Shown here: piece by piece, positions 19,272 to 29,039 of the stretch
Layout: each line of letters starts with the position of its first letter
How positions within the stretch are numbered: the first letter of the stretch is position 1
DNA from: a virus
Taxonomy: Duplodnaviria > Caudoviricetes
IMG/VR virus record: IMGVR_UViG_3300023048_000001
Location: 32,001-96,000 of that record
DNA length: 64,000 bases
Direction: 5' to 3' (one strand)
The notes under the pieces: model-generated
Told to the model about the DNA's origin: nothing
Database searches by the model: none
Seen by the model: only the letters and a program-made list of their open reading frames with translations
Program-made: the position numbers and the translations under genes

Positions 19272-22200
19272 TCATGTTTTTGGAATCAAAACTAGTCGCT
19301 TTATAGACATAATATCAATTTCTGGATTAGGCGCTGGTGCCAATACCATTCTTCTTAATGAATTAATTTGAATGATAGGTGCAGCCGGGGATAGTGAAAC
19401 TGAAGGTGTTGGTGTAGGTGACACAGTTCTAGTCATTGTAACTGTAGGCGTAGGCGAAGCCGTTATGCTACTAGTAAGTGTAGGTGTCGGTGTAAATGTT
19501 CTAGTTACAGACGGTGTTGGAGATGCTGATATAGAAACTGTTGCTGTAGCTGATGGTGTTGGTGACACTGCCGCAGACCTAGTTACAGAAGGTGTAGCCG
19601 TCAATGTTGGAGTCATCGTTAATGATGCTGTCACTGACGGAGTAACAGATGCAGTTATTGATGGTGTGACTGTTGCGGTCAATGAAGCCGTAACTGATGG
19701 GGTTACTGAAATAGTAGCAGTCATCGTAGGTGTAGCAGTAGGTGTAGGTGTAGGTGTTGAACTCACCACCGGTGGAGTAATCAAGGTATAAATCTTGATA
19801 TTGTCTACAGCACTGGTATTTGTAGATGTATCACCACTGAAACCAAAGTACATATTAGAATCAGCTACAGGATAGTAGTAAACCTTGCAATCATTATCTA
19901 CATATACGCTGATATAACGAATATCATTAAAGTAATCAAAACGAATTTCACCGTTATACCACTGACCAGCATTCAATGTACCAAACTCAGATGTAGCAGC
20001 AGGGTCATTATGATCAGTCCACGATGTAGCTGATGAGATACCAGAGCTTTCACCAGCAATGTTAGTCAACTTCAAATAGCTACCACTACCTGTTGCATCA
20101 TTACCAAAGAAGAAATCAAATGATGAGTTTGTACCCAAGTTGAAGTCAAAGTTGATTCTGTTGAAATACTTACCGACTGGAATACTATTGTAGGAGTAAT
20201 CATCACTACCATACACAAATGCAGGCTGTGGATTACCGATGCTATTATCTACAATACCACCAGCATTGGTGAATGCACTCAAACTAGTACCGTCATAGTA
20301 CTGAATCATTGTACCCTTATCGACATAGTAAGCATTCTGGATCAATCTGTTGTAGTTTGAACCTGCACCATTATTGTAGAACCAGCTAATTTCTGCCGCA
20401 CTGAATGACTTGAAGCAAATGAAAGCCGAATCAATACCACCAGCCCAACCGCTTGTGTGGAATCCATCGTTACCGATGATGAAGCTCTGAGTTACACCGT
20501 AGTAAGTTGAACTGTATGTCAATTGCTGGGTAGCACCATTATTAACGGTAATCTTTAATAGATGGAATGATGAATCGTAGGTGCCAACAACTGAGAACCA
20601 TGCATCTTTGATGCCGATTACATTAGAATAGACTGTAGATACATTGTCACCATTGTCAGAGATGGTTAGGAACACCTTATCCTGTGCTTTATCATAACCA
20701 AGTTTAATCTGCTTCTTGGTATCATCCCAACGAGACATGATTGACATTTCATTATACGTAATCTGTGCCAACAATGCAGAATCGATCTTAACGAAAGCGC
20801 CCAACGTAAAGTCAGTAGTTCCGTAGTTGACAACGTTTTCTGAGAAGGTGCTTTCTAATCTGCTATCAAAATTGGTGACAGGATTAAAGAATGCAGCATT
20901 ACCTTGCAAACCAGTTCCAGTAGTTACATTATATGGAGTCATCAAGACACCATCTTTAGCATCCATACGGGATGCTGTTGCAGGCTCTTCCATATCCCAC
21001 CAGTTATGCAACGAGTTTAGAATAGACTGTGCATTCTGGTCGTAGATGGTTGAAGGTGTGACAGAAATTGTAGGTGTTGGTGATGGAGTTCTTGTTAAAG
21101 TAGGCGTAATCGTTCTTGTAGCTGTCAACGTAGGCGTAATGGTACGGGTAGCGGTCAACGTTGGGGTAATTGTTCTGGTCAATGTCGGAGTCATTGTCAA
21201 TGATGCAGTAATTGATGGAGTCACTGAAATCGTTGGAGATACCGTTAATGATGCAGTTATTGACGGAGTTACTGAAATTGTAGGCGTAATTGATGGTGTC
21301 ACCGAAATTGTTGCGGTAACCGATGGTGTCAATGAAATTGTAGGTGTAATAGAATGTGATGCTGTTACTGATGGTGTGACTGTAATTGTAGGTGTTACTG
21401 TACGCGTAGCAGTAATCGTATGCGTTGGTGTCATCGTTACAGATGGTGTCATCGAAATAGTTGCAGTAACCGATGGTGTCAATGAGTGTGTTGGTGTTAC
21501 TGATGGCGTAATCGAAATTGTAGGTGTAATTGATGGAGTTACAGAAATTGTAGGAGTAATTGAACGCGTGGTTGTTATTGATGGTGTTAGTGAAATGGTT
21601 GGAGACACCGTATGTGTCGGTGTTCTTGATGGTGTAGTTGTAAGCGTTGGCGTAGGTGTTGGCGTCACAATGAAGCCAGCGTTGTAATGTGAGTTAATGT
21701 ATGTCGTGGTTAATGCATAATTATAGATAGCAAGTTCATCTATGCTACCAATGAATCTCTTATTTGGTAGATATGCAGATGAGAAGAGTTCTAGGTCAGT
21801 ATCACCAACATCCAAGATACCATTTCCCGGAATAGATGTAGTAGCAACAACATTCTTATTGATATACATTGTCAAACTTCTACCACTTCTTACTATCTGA
21901 TAGAGTCTTGAAACATCATCATTGATAGCAAAATTAGTGTTAAGAATAGTAGGCTGACCATTTACATATACTGTAAACACACCAAAGCCACTAGAATCTA
22001 GACCAAAGCTGTAGTTATAAAATCCTAACACTGGATCAGAAAACTTACCAAAAGCTGTTGGTTGGTCGTCAAGCTGTGATGCGCTGGCCTTCAGTGCAAA
22101 CTCAAAGGTAAAATCACCACCTGAGAAAGACAGATCGGAAACGTTATTAGAGATAGTGACTAAACCATTACCAGCATTTGCTGCTGACTTATCACCATAA

Positions 22201-23909
22201 TTTTGAAGCAAGCTTGACTGATTTAGAGTCAATAGTCCGTTAGTTACGCCATTATGGCTTCCCTTTGCATCAAGTAGAGACAGACCATTAGGTTCATCAA
22301 ATCGATAATAAGCAACAGGGACAGCCTGAAGAATCAATTGTCTGTAAGAGTCAACTGACGGAGTTAATGAAGGCGTTGGTGTTGGAGTTAAAGCCGTAGC
22401 ACTGCTATTCAACCAAAAAATATAATGGTTCTGAATCTGGAAGTCAGTCATCGCATAGCGATACATGCTGAAGTCATCCATAATTCCTGAATAGTTTTGT
22501 GTAGCATCATTGACGATACCACCAACATACAAGAAGTTATTTGTTGTTAGGTTGTTACCTAGAACTGGAACGGAAGCTAATTGTAAACCATTTGAGTAAA
22601 TCTTTAATGTGTTAGACTGGCGAATGATAGTAATCATTCTGTCAACATTGTCACCTAAGCTTAAACCTGAATTTAGAGTGTAACTACCTTGATCAGTTAC
22701 TAATTTGAACACTAATTGATTGGAAAAAGTCACCAATTCGAAAACATAAGTTCCACTGCTTAGTGGTAACTGGAATAGCGTAGCATTATGTGGTTGAGAA
22801 GCACCATTGATTGACAACTCAAAAGAGAAGTCACCTAGAATATTTTTATATCTGTTGTCGCTGTTAGCCACAACGTAAGATGCTTGAGTGCTACCAAATA
22901 GTGCAGAGAAGCCAGAACCATCAACAATAGGTGGTTGACCGATAGTAACGTTATGGTAAGTACCATTGATGTTATTACCACTATAATCTAGAACAGCGGT
23001 TCCAGTCATTTCATCAAATTTGTAATAAACGAGAGGCTTATCTGCGATCACGTTTCTTGCATACCCTGAAAGCGGAATTCTTACAGGTGTTCTAGATGGT
23101 GTTAACGATGGTGTAATCGTTGGTGTTAACGATGGTGATAATGTTGGGGTTGGTGTTAGTGAGATATTGGTGTTGATTTCTTTCAACAACGTATCTGACA
23201 AACGATAATCAAAGTTCTTGATTGGTGAGTGGTCATAATTTGAGTCTGTATAGAACTCAAGTGTTAAGGTGACATGGGATGCATCTGGTATGAAAACAAC
23301 AGATTCGAATCTACCACTATCACCAAATAGTCCTAGGACAATGGTGTCACCATGATTAATGTAAGAGTTTGATACTTCGAATAGGTCACCACGATTGGCT
23401 TTAAGGCTCAATCTGTAATAACGCATGGTTCCTTGTTCATAGTCAAAATTAAAATTATAATAGGTCTGCTGATCAACCGTAAAATTCTTCGTGAAAGACA
23501 CTGGAAGATTATCTGTTGATGCAGTGCTATTGAATTCGATTGAACGCCCTTGATCTACAGAGTCAATAGTACCATTGACTGTTGACCAGCCAGTAGTATT
23601 AGATGAAAGAAAAAGGTTTGGCTGAACTTCAAAGCTTGGTGTCATCGTCATAGACGGAGTAACTGAAGGCTCAGGAGTAGAGGTTACACTAACCGTAGGA
23701 GATAGCGTGGGTGTAGGCGTTGGAGTAATTAATGAAAATGCATTAGGGTATGCATTCTGCGCTGCAACTGTTTGTGTTGTACCATTGGATAACTTAACCA
23801 AATACGAAATCGTGCCGCTGCTATCAATTACTTGAGTGCAAACACCATATTCAACGGTATTAGAAGTTGACACAAAGTATATGATATCGTTGACATTAAA
23901 ATAATTCAT
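19272..23909 (-). CDS. Mucin-like virion fibre protein with three LamG/ConA-like domains
   Basis: PLVYYKFDE..G..D.SGN, GIMDDFSMY, PVAYYRFDE, GSIDELAIY, WWDMEE; TP tracts; late motif CATAAATA 23932-23939. Confidence 0.8.
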   Translation of the reverse strand: MNYFNVNDIIYFVSTSNTVEYGVCTQVIDSSGTISYLVKLSNGTTQTVAAQNAYPNAFSLITPTPTPTLSPTVSVTSTPEPSVTPSMTMTPSFEVQPNLFLSSNTTGWSTVNGTIDSVDQGRSIEFNSTASTDNLPVSFTKNFTVDQQTYYNFNFDYEQGTMRYYRLSLKANRGDLFEVSNSYINHGDTIVLGLFGDSGRFESVVFIPDASHVTLTLEFYTDSNYDHSPIKNFDYRLSDTLLKEINTNISLTPTPTLSPSLTPTITPSLTPSRTPVRIPLSGYARNVIADKPLVYYKFDEMTGTAVLDYSGNNINGTYHNVTIGQPPIVDGSGFSALFGSTQASYVVANSDNRYKNILGDFSFELSINGASQPHNATLFQLPLSSGTYVFELVTFSNQLVFKLVTDQGSYTLNSGLSLGDNVDRMITIIRQSNTLKIYSNGLQLASVPVLGNNLTTNNFLYVGGIVNDATQNYSGIMDDFSMYRYAMTDFQIQNHYIFWLNSSATALTPTPTPSLTPSVDSYRQLILQAVPVAYYRFDEPNGLSLLDAKGSHNGVTNGLLTLNQSSLLQNYGDKSAANAGNGLVTISNNVSDLSFSGGDFTFEFALKASASQLDDQPTAFGKFSDPVLGFYNYSFGLDSSGFGVFTVYVNGQPTILNTNFAINDDVSRLYQIVRSGRSLTMYINKNVVATTSIPGNGILDVGDTDLELFSSAYLPNKRFIGSIDELAIYNYALTTTYINSHYNAGFIVTPTPTPTLTTTPSRTPTHTVSPTISLTPSITTTRSITPTISVTPSITPTISITPSVTPTHSLTPSVTATISMTPSVTMTPTHTITATRTVTPTITVTPSVTASHSITPTISLTPSVTATISVTPSITPTISVTPSITASLTVSPTISVTPSITASLTMTPTLTRTITPTLTATRTITPTLTATRTITPTLTRTPSPTPTISVTPSTIYDQNAQSILNSLHNWWDMEEPATASRMDAKDGVLMTPYNVTTGTGLQGNAAFFNPVTNFDSRLESTFSENVVNYGTTDFTLGAFVKIDSALLAQITYNEMSIMSRWDDTKKQIKLGYDKAQDKVFLTISDNGDNVSTVYSNVIGIKDAWFSVVGTYDSSFHLLKITVNNGATQQLTYSSTYYGVTQSFIIGNDGFHTSGWAGGIDSAFICFKSFSAAEISWFYNNGAGSNYNRLIQNAYYVDKGTMIQYYDGTSLSAFTNAGGIVDNSIGNPQPAFVYGSDDYSYNSIPVGKYFNRINFDFNLGTNSSFDFFFGNDATGSGSYLKLTNIAGESSGISSATSWTDHNDPAATSEFGTLNAGQWYNGEIRFDYFNDIRYISVYVDNDCKVYYYPVADSNMYFGFSGDTSTNTSAVDNIKIYTLITPPVVSSTPTPTPTATPTMTATISVTPSVTASLTATVTPSITASVTPSVTASLTMTPTLTATPSVTRSAAVSPTPSATATVSISASPTPSVTRTFTPTPTLTSSITASPTPTVTMTRTVSPTPTPSVSLSPAAPIIQINSLRRMVLAPAPNPEIDIMSIKRLVLIPKT

Positions 23910-23996
23910 TGTTCTTCATTTTCTTTAAAGCTATTTATGTTTTTATATTACGAATTGGAGTCCGAAATAATAAATAATTTACCAGAGAGCGTTCCC

Positions 23997-24230
23997 ATGC
24001 CTAACCAATTGATTCCTAAAAAAACTGAACACGTAATCGTTGCTTGCCTTGTAGGAATTCTTGTAGGAATTCTGGCAGGCTTGACAATTAAATATCCTTT
24101 TGAAGTTGAAAAGCTTCAAAAATATCAGACATTTTGTGGTCAGGCTAAAATAAAAACAGTAAAAGTAGGGTTTTCAGGTGATATCTATGCGATCACCTGT
24201 GATAATGGTGCCGAGGTTAGAGTTCGTTAA
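23997..24230 (+). CDS. Small single-pass membrane protein
   Basis: Hydrophobic VIVACLVGILVGILAGLTI; late motif AATAAATA 23969-23976 favours ATG 23997. Confidence 0.65.
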   Translation: MPNQLIPKKTEHVIVACLVGILVGILAGLTIKYPFEVEKLQKYQTFCGQAKIKTVKVGFSGDIYAITCDNGAEVRVR

Positions 24231-25009
24231 TCAGCTACAGGGATTGCTGTCATAAACGCGGTGATCGGAGCAGCATATGGTAGAGATACCGTAATCTGAT
24301 TTACATCATTAAATGTTACTACTGCATCAGTAATTAGGGTATTCGTGCTGGTATTGATCAAGGTAAATGCACAATATTGCACACCTAGAGTATGAATAAT
24401 CAAATGGTTCTGATTTGACTGATAATCATCATATCTCTGAACAATGGTCTGCGCCTTAAATGTGGTGGATGCGGCATTATATACCAACACCTGACCATCA
24501 GTAAGTGATGAAACATCAACGTCTCGTAAAGAGGCAAGTTTTAATTCTGAATATGAATCAAGCAATGAGTTGATGCTAGTAAATGAATATTCTGCACCGT
24601 TAAAGAAGAGAATGTTACCTTCAACAACACCGGATGACGCAACGTCATCCAAGTCTGTAAGATTACGAACCTTAGCAGATGTGATAGCAGAATCTAGCTG
24701 TGAAAAAACATCGAATAGAGAATTATTAGAGGTAAGACCTGAAACGTTATCCAGCGTGTTAAACGCTGTTGGATTAAAGGTATAGGTACTATTAATCCAG
24801 TTACTTCCCAACGTGGTAATTAGATTATTAAAATCAGATGGAATGGTGACATCGATATACTCAACACCATTATCTAGGCGTAGAACGTTTCTATCCGTGT
24901 CAAAATACATACGGCCTGTGGTGCTGGTGTCTGGAACTGTTGTTCTGTTTTCAACAACAAGATTAACAAGCTGTCCGCCAACAACCTCAATATTACCGAA
25001 ATACTTCAT
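24227..25009 (-). CDS. Virion structural/fibre-associated protein
   Basis: Two L..L.DV...G.[IV]L.[FY]N repeats typical of phage fibre proteins; late motif 25034-25041. Confidence 0.65.
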   Translation of the reverse strand: MKYFGNIEVVGGQLVNLVVENRTTVPDTSTTGRMYFDTDRNVLRLDNGVEYIDVTIPSDFNNLITTLGSNWINSTYTFNPTAFNTLDNVSGLTSNNSLFDVFSQLDSAITSAKVRNLTDLDDVASSGVVEGNILFFNGAEYSFTSINSLLDSYSELKLASLRDVDVSSLTDGQVLVYNAASTTFKAQTIVQRYDDYQSNQNHLIIHTLGVQYCAFTLINTSTNTLITDAVVTFNDVNQITVSLPYAAPITAFMTAIPVAD

Positions 25010-25042
25010 TTACTTACCCTTAGATTCTGTTTATATTTATTC

Positions 25043-28000
25043 TTAATACGTGATATCAGACTTTATCGTGAATGTGTCATCACCATTGTTGACATAAACA
25101 CGGATCGGAGCAGAAGCACCAGCCGCATAACCCGGAACGTTGAAACCAGCAATCAACATACTACTGTCCTGACTCCAAGATAATGTATCCTGTGTAATAT
25201 ATGTATTGGTTGGAGTTACAGGGTTTGTCAACAAAGTAAATGTATCATTGTTATTATTCTTCAAGATAAGAATGGTATTTGTTGATGTTGCAGATGAACC
25301 TAGGGCCAAATAGTTACCATTTGGTGAGAACATACCTGAAGCTAGCCCATTTGCTGGGATGGTAGGTGTAGATAACTTTGTAAATGTATCATCAAAATTA
25401 TTCTTATAGATGTGCAAGTATGGTGCTGAAGAATTTACAAAAGCCAAGTACTTACTGTCAGCAGACCATGTGCAACCATTTGTTAATCCTGAAGTTGGGA
25501 AGGTTGCCAATACACCAGATAAGCTGGTGAATGTTCCATCACCATTATTCTTATAGATGTTATAATATGGTGAGTTGGCGCTTGAAGTCACAGCCAAGTA
25601 GGTTCCATTTGGAGACCAACCCATACACGCAACAGTATATCCCGGCAATGATGCTGGGATTGCTAGTTTAGTAAAGGATGTACCAGTTCTACTATAGAAA
25701 TTGATGAATGGTGTTCCACCTAAACCGATAGCTAGAATATTATCAGTTGGTGAAAATGCAGATGAATATGCATTAGCAGTCAATGGTACATCAAGATTAG
25801 CTGTGATATCAGTAAAAGTGTCATCGCCATTATTTGTATAGACTAAAATTCTCGGTGTTGTAGTTGTTGAGTTAATAGTAAAGAAGTTACCAGTGAATGA
25901 TCTACTGATAGTATTCTGTGTATTTGCATAATTTGTTGGTCCAGTACCTAGACCACTGAATGATGCTCCATTATTTTTGTAGACAGTGAATTCATGTAGC
26001 GGTGCAGTTGTTCTGTTTTTGTTAGCCATTGCATAATTACTTGAACTGAAACCTACTGAGTTAACAGTCAATGCACCCGGCGTTGCCGTAGGTGTTGGAG
26101 TTTTAGATGGAGTAGGAGTTGGTGAGCTAGTTATAGATGGCGTTACCGTAATCGTAGCTGTAACTGTTGGTGTCACTGGTGCAGTTGTACTGGCTGTGAT
26201 TGTAGGAGTTGGAGTAGGTGTTACTGCTGGTGTTCCAGTTACAGAAGGTGTTGTTGATATTGTAGGTGTGATTGTCTGAGTAACTGGTGGTGTTCCGGTT
26301 ACTGAAGGCGTTGGTGAAATACTTCTGGTAATTGTTGGAGTAAATGTCACCGTTGGTGTTGTAGTTAGTGTAGGTGTTAACGAAATAGTCGTTGAAACTG
26401 TTGGTGTCACTGTTAACGCTGGTGAAAGCGAAACGGTTGCTGTGACTGTTGGTGACATCGTTACAGAAGGTGTTACTGTAATGGTAGGTGTCGTAGTTCT
26501 GGTTGGAGTTACAGACGGAGTGGTTGACACCGATGGTGTTACAGAAGCCGAAGGAGTTCCTGAGATTGTTGCGGTGACAGAAGGAGTAGCTGTCAATGCT
26601 GGTGATAATGAAACCGTTGTGGTCACTGAAGGCGTAGCTGTCAATGTTGGAGTAAATGTTAATGTTGGGGTGACCGTATGTGTAACTGGTGGAGTTCCAG
26701 TAACCGATGGTGTCACCGTAGCGGACGGTGTACCGGTTATCGATGTTGTGATCGAAGGTGTCAGTGAGATGGTTGGAGACACGGTTACCGTAGGTGTAAT
26801 AGTAACACCCGGTGTACCTGACACTGAAGGTGTTGGAGATACAGTTAATGTTGGGGTAGCCGTCACACCAGCAGTTGCAGTAATTGATGGCGTAACTGAG
26901 ATTGTCTGTGTAGGAGTAATCGTTACCGTTGGTGAAGGAGTCAACGATACTGAAGCACTCAATGTGATTGTCGGAGTGACTGATGCAGTTTGAGTAACTG
27001 AAGGTGTTGGCGTTGGAGTTACTGACGGACTCAATGAAACTGTTACACTTGGGGTTATAGTAATTGATTTAGTTACACTAGGTGTAATTGAAACTGTAGC
27101 CGATGGAGTCACAGTCAATGCTGGGGTTGCACTCACTGAAACCGTTGAGGTAACCGTAGGTGTGATGGACACAGTTCTAGTTACTGACGGTGTTATCGAT
27201 GCGGTAACTGTTGGAGTGGCTGTAACAGTATGTGTGGCCGTTGGTGTAGGTGTAAAGGTAATAGCCGGTGATCTGGTTACTGAAGGCGTAATTGATGGTG
27301 TTACTGAAATAGTAGCAGTCATCGTAGGTGTTGAAGTAACTGTCGGTGATGGTGAAATAGATGCTGTAATTGATGGAGTTACAGTTGCACTAGCAGTTTG
27401 TGTTGGTGTGACTGAAGGGGTAGCAGTCAGCGTTGGAGTAGCAGTAACACCCGGTGTGGATGAAACTGAAGGAGAAACAGTTACTGAAGCCGTAATCGTT
27501 GGAGTTACAGTCAATGTTGCAGATGCGGTGATTGATGGGGTTACTGTGGGTGACACCGATGTAGTAGCCGTAACCGAGGGTGTTGGACTATTTGATGCTG
27601 TTACCGATGGCGTAATAGACACCGTTGCACTCACTGAAGGCGTTCTTGACGCTGTAGGGGTTGGTGTAGCCAATCGTGTAGCAGTTGGTGTTTGAGACAG
27701 TGAACGCGTAACTGTAGGCGTTGGTGTAAAGGTTCTTGTCGCTGTTGGTGTATGAGATAGCGAACGGGTAGGCGTAGGAGTTGGTGTGGCACTGTGAGAT
27801 GCCGTTACAGATGGTGTTACAGTAATAGTTGGCGTTACAGTGCGAGTAGCTGTAGCAACCGGAGTTCCAGTTGCATGCGGAGTTCTTGAACTAGTAACTG
27901 TTGGGGTATTTGTTGTAGTCGGTGATGGAGTTACAGTACTTGTTTGAGTAGAGGTGACTGTAGGTGTTGGGCTACTCGATGGAGTAGGCGTATTTGAAAT

Positions 28001-29005
28001 AGTTGGTGTGATGCTAGGTGTGACAGACATCGTTGGTGTGGGAGTTACCGTACCGTGATTGAAATTAACATAATGCTCATTAAAATCGACATAGATGGTA
28101 TTAGGTGATACGATGTATCCAACTTTCTGGAAAGAGAAGTTGACATCGAATTGAGTAGTTAATTCACCATTTCTACCAACAAACAAAGCCGTGTGAACAG
28201 GTTCAGACCAATTCCAATCAGTTCTATTGATGACAAAGCCAACATTATGTAAGGTAACAATTTGTCCAGTAGAAACACTTCTTTCAGCCAAGGCAAATGC
28301 AGGCTGTGATAATTTCTGCTGATCAGCAAGTTCTAATGTATTGTAATTCTTCCAAGTGACGCAGAAATGCTTTGTTATATCTTCTTCTGCAACACCATTT
28401 GCCTGTGTGATTCTCTTATATGTAAAAGAATCCTTGGAATCATTTTTAAATTGGGTGATGGTTGTCTTGTTGTAGAACTCAAATCCACTATCTGTAAATC
28501 TTTTAATTGGATTTGAATTATTGTCTAGCACGATTACATCAGTTACACATGGTTGCAACACGTTAATCTGTGTTCCATTTGCCTGAGTGTTAACTCTTCC
28601 TGAAGCATCAATGGCTGCTGCAATCACACGGATACAATCAATCCAGTACTGCCCATTCCATGTTTTATACTTGAATGTGAATTTATCGAAATACATCTGG
28701 TTTTCGATAGGGTCAGATGGAGCTACCCATGAAAATGGATTTGCGCTAGTGTAACCAAAAGTTAAGGAAGCATCTTCAGTGCTGATATCCCAATATAGCC
28801 AGATAGCTTGACCTGATGGTAAGTCAGACCAAGCATTTGCAGTAGATGTAGATTCAGTGACAAGATAATTAGATGAACCATCTGCGAAGGAAATTAATGT
28901 TGGTGATGTACCAGCATTAAAATCAGCACCACCTGATGTGTTCAAAGTAATGAATCTTGGCAGCTTTTGGCTGTCAATTATTCCTTGTCTAAAATTGATC
29001 TTCAT
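25043..29005 (-). CDS. Mucin-like virion fibre protein: capsid-cement-like domain, ~660-aa TP stalk, C-terminal beta-propeller
   Basis: Translation; perfect TATAAATA at 29025-29032 (minus). Confidence 0.75.
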   Translation of the reverse strand: MKINFRQGIIDSQKLPRFITLNTSGGADFNAGTSPTLISFADGSSNYLVTESTSTANAWSDLPSGQAIWLYWDISTEDASLTFGYTSANPFSWVAPSDPIENQMYFDKFTFKYKTWNGQYWIDCIRVIAAAIDASGRVNTQANGTQINVLQPCVTDVIVLDNNSNPIKRFTDSGFEFYNKTTITQFKNDSKDSFTYKRITQANGVAEEDITKHFCVTWKNYNTLELADQQKLSQPAFALAERSVSTGQIVTLHNVGFVINRTDWNWSEPVHTALFVGRNGELTTQFDVNFSFQKVGYIVSPNTIYVDFNEHYVNFNHGTVTPTPTMSVTPSITPTISNTPTPSSSPTPTVTSTQTSTVTPSPTTTNTPTVTSSRTPHATGTPVATATRTVTPTITVTPSVTASHSATPTPTPTRSLSHTPTATRTFTPTPTVTRSLSQTPTATRLATPTPTASRTPSVSATVSITPSVTASNSPTPSVTATTSVSPTVTPSITASATLTVTPTITASVTVSPSVSSTPGVTATPTLTATPSVTPTQTASATVTPSITASISPSPTVTSTPTMTATISVTPSITPSVTRSPAITFTPTPTATHTVTATPTVTASITPSVTRTVSITPTVTSTVSVSATPALTVTPSATVSITPSVTKSITITPSVTVSLSPSVTPTPTPSVTQTASVTPTITLSASVSLTPSPTVTITPTQTISVTPSITATAGVTATPTLTVSPTPSVSGTPGVTITPTVTVSPTISLTPSITTSITGTPSATVTPSVTGTPPVTHTVTPTLTFTPTLTATPSVTTTVSLSPALTATPSVTATISGTPSASVTPSVSTTPSVTPTRTTTPTITVTPSVTMSPTVTATVSLSPALTVTPTVSTTISLTPTLTTTPTVTFTPTITRSISPTPSVTGTPPVTQTITPTISTTPSVTGTPAVTPTPTPTITASTTAPVTPTVTATITVTPSITSSPTPTPSKTPTPTATPGALTVNSVGFSSSNYAMANKNRTTAPLHEFTVYKNNGASFSGLGTGPTNYANTQNTISRSFTGNFFTINSTTTTPRILVYTNNGDDTFTDITANLDVPLTANAYSSAFSPTDNILAIGLGGTPFINFYSRTGTSFTKLAIPASLPGYTVACMGWSPNGTYLAVTSSANSPYYNIYKNNGDGTFTSLSGVLATFPTSGLTNGCTWSADSKYLAFVNSSAPYLHIYKNNFDDTFTKLSTPTIPANGLASGMFSPNGNYLALGSSATSTNTILILKNNNNDTFTLLTNPVTPTNTYITQDTLSWSQDSSMLIAGFNVPGYAAGASAPIRVYVNNGDDTFTIKSDITY
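26075..28052 (-). repeat. Degenerate TP[ST][VIL]T coding repeat tract
   Basis: Protein-level low-complexity repeat. Confidence 0.9.
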
Positions 29006-29039
29006 GATAATCCAAATATTCTAATATTTATATATTAGA

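Noticed and set aside
12490-28052. Repetitive DNA resembling a CRISPR array or VNTR
   Set aside because: No constant repeat with unique spacers; the repetition is protein-coding and degenerate; no cas genes
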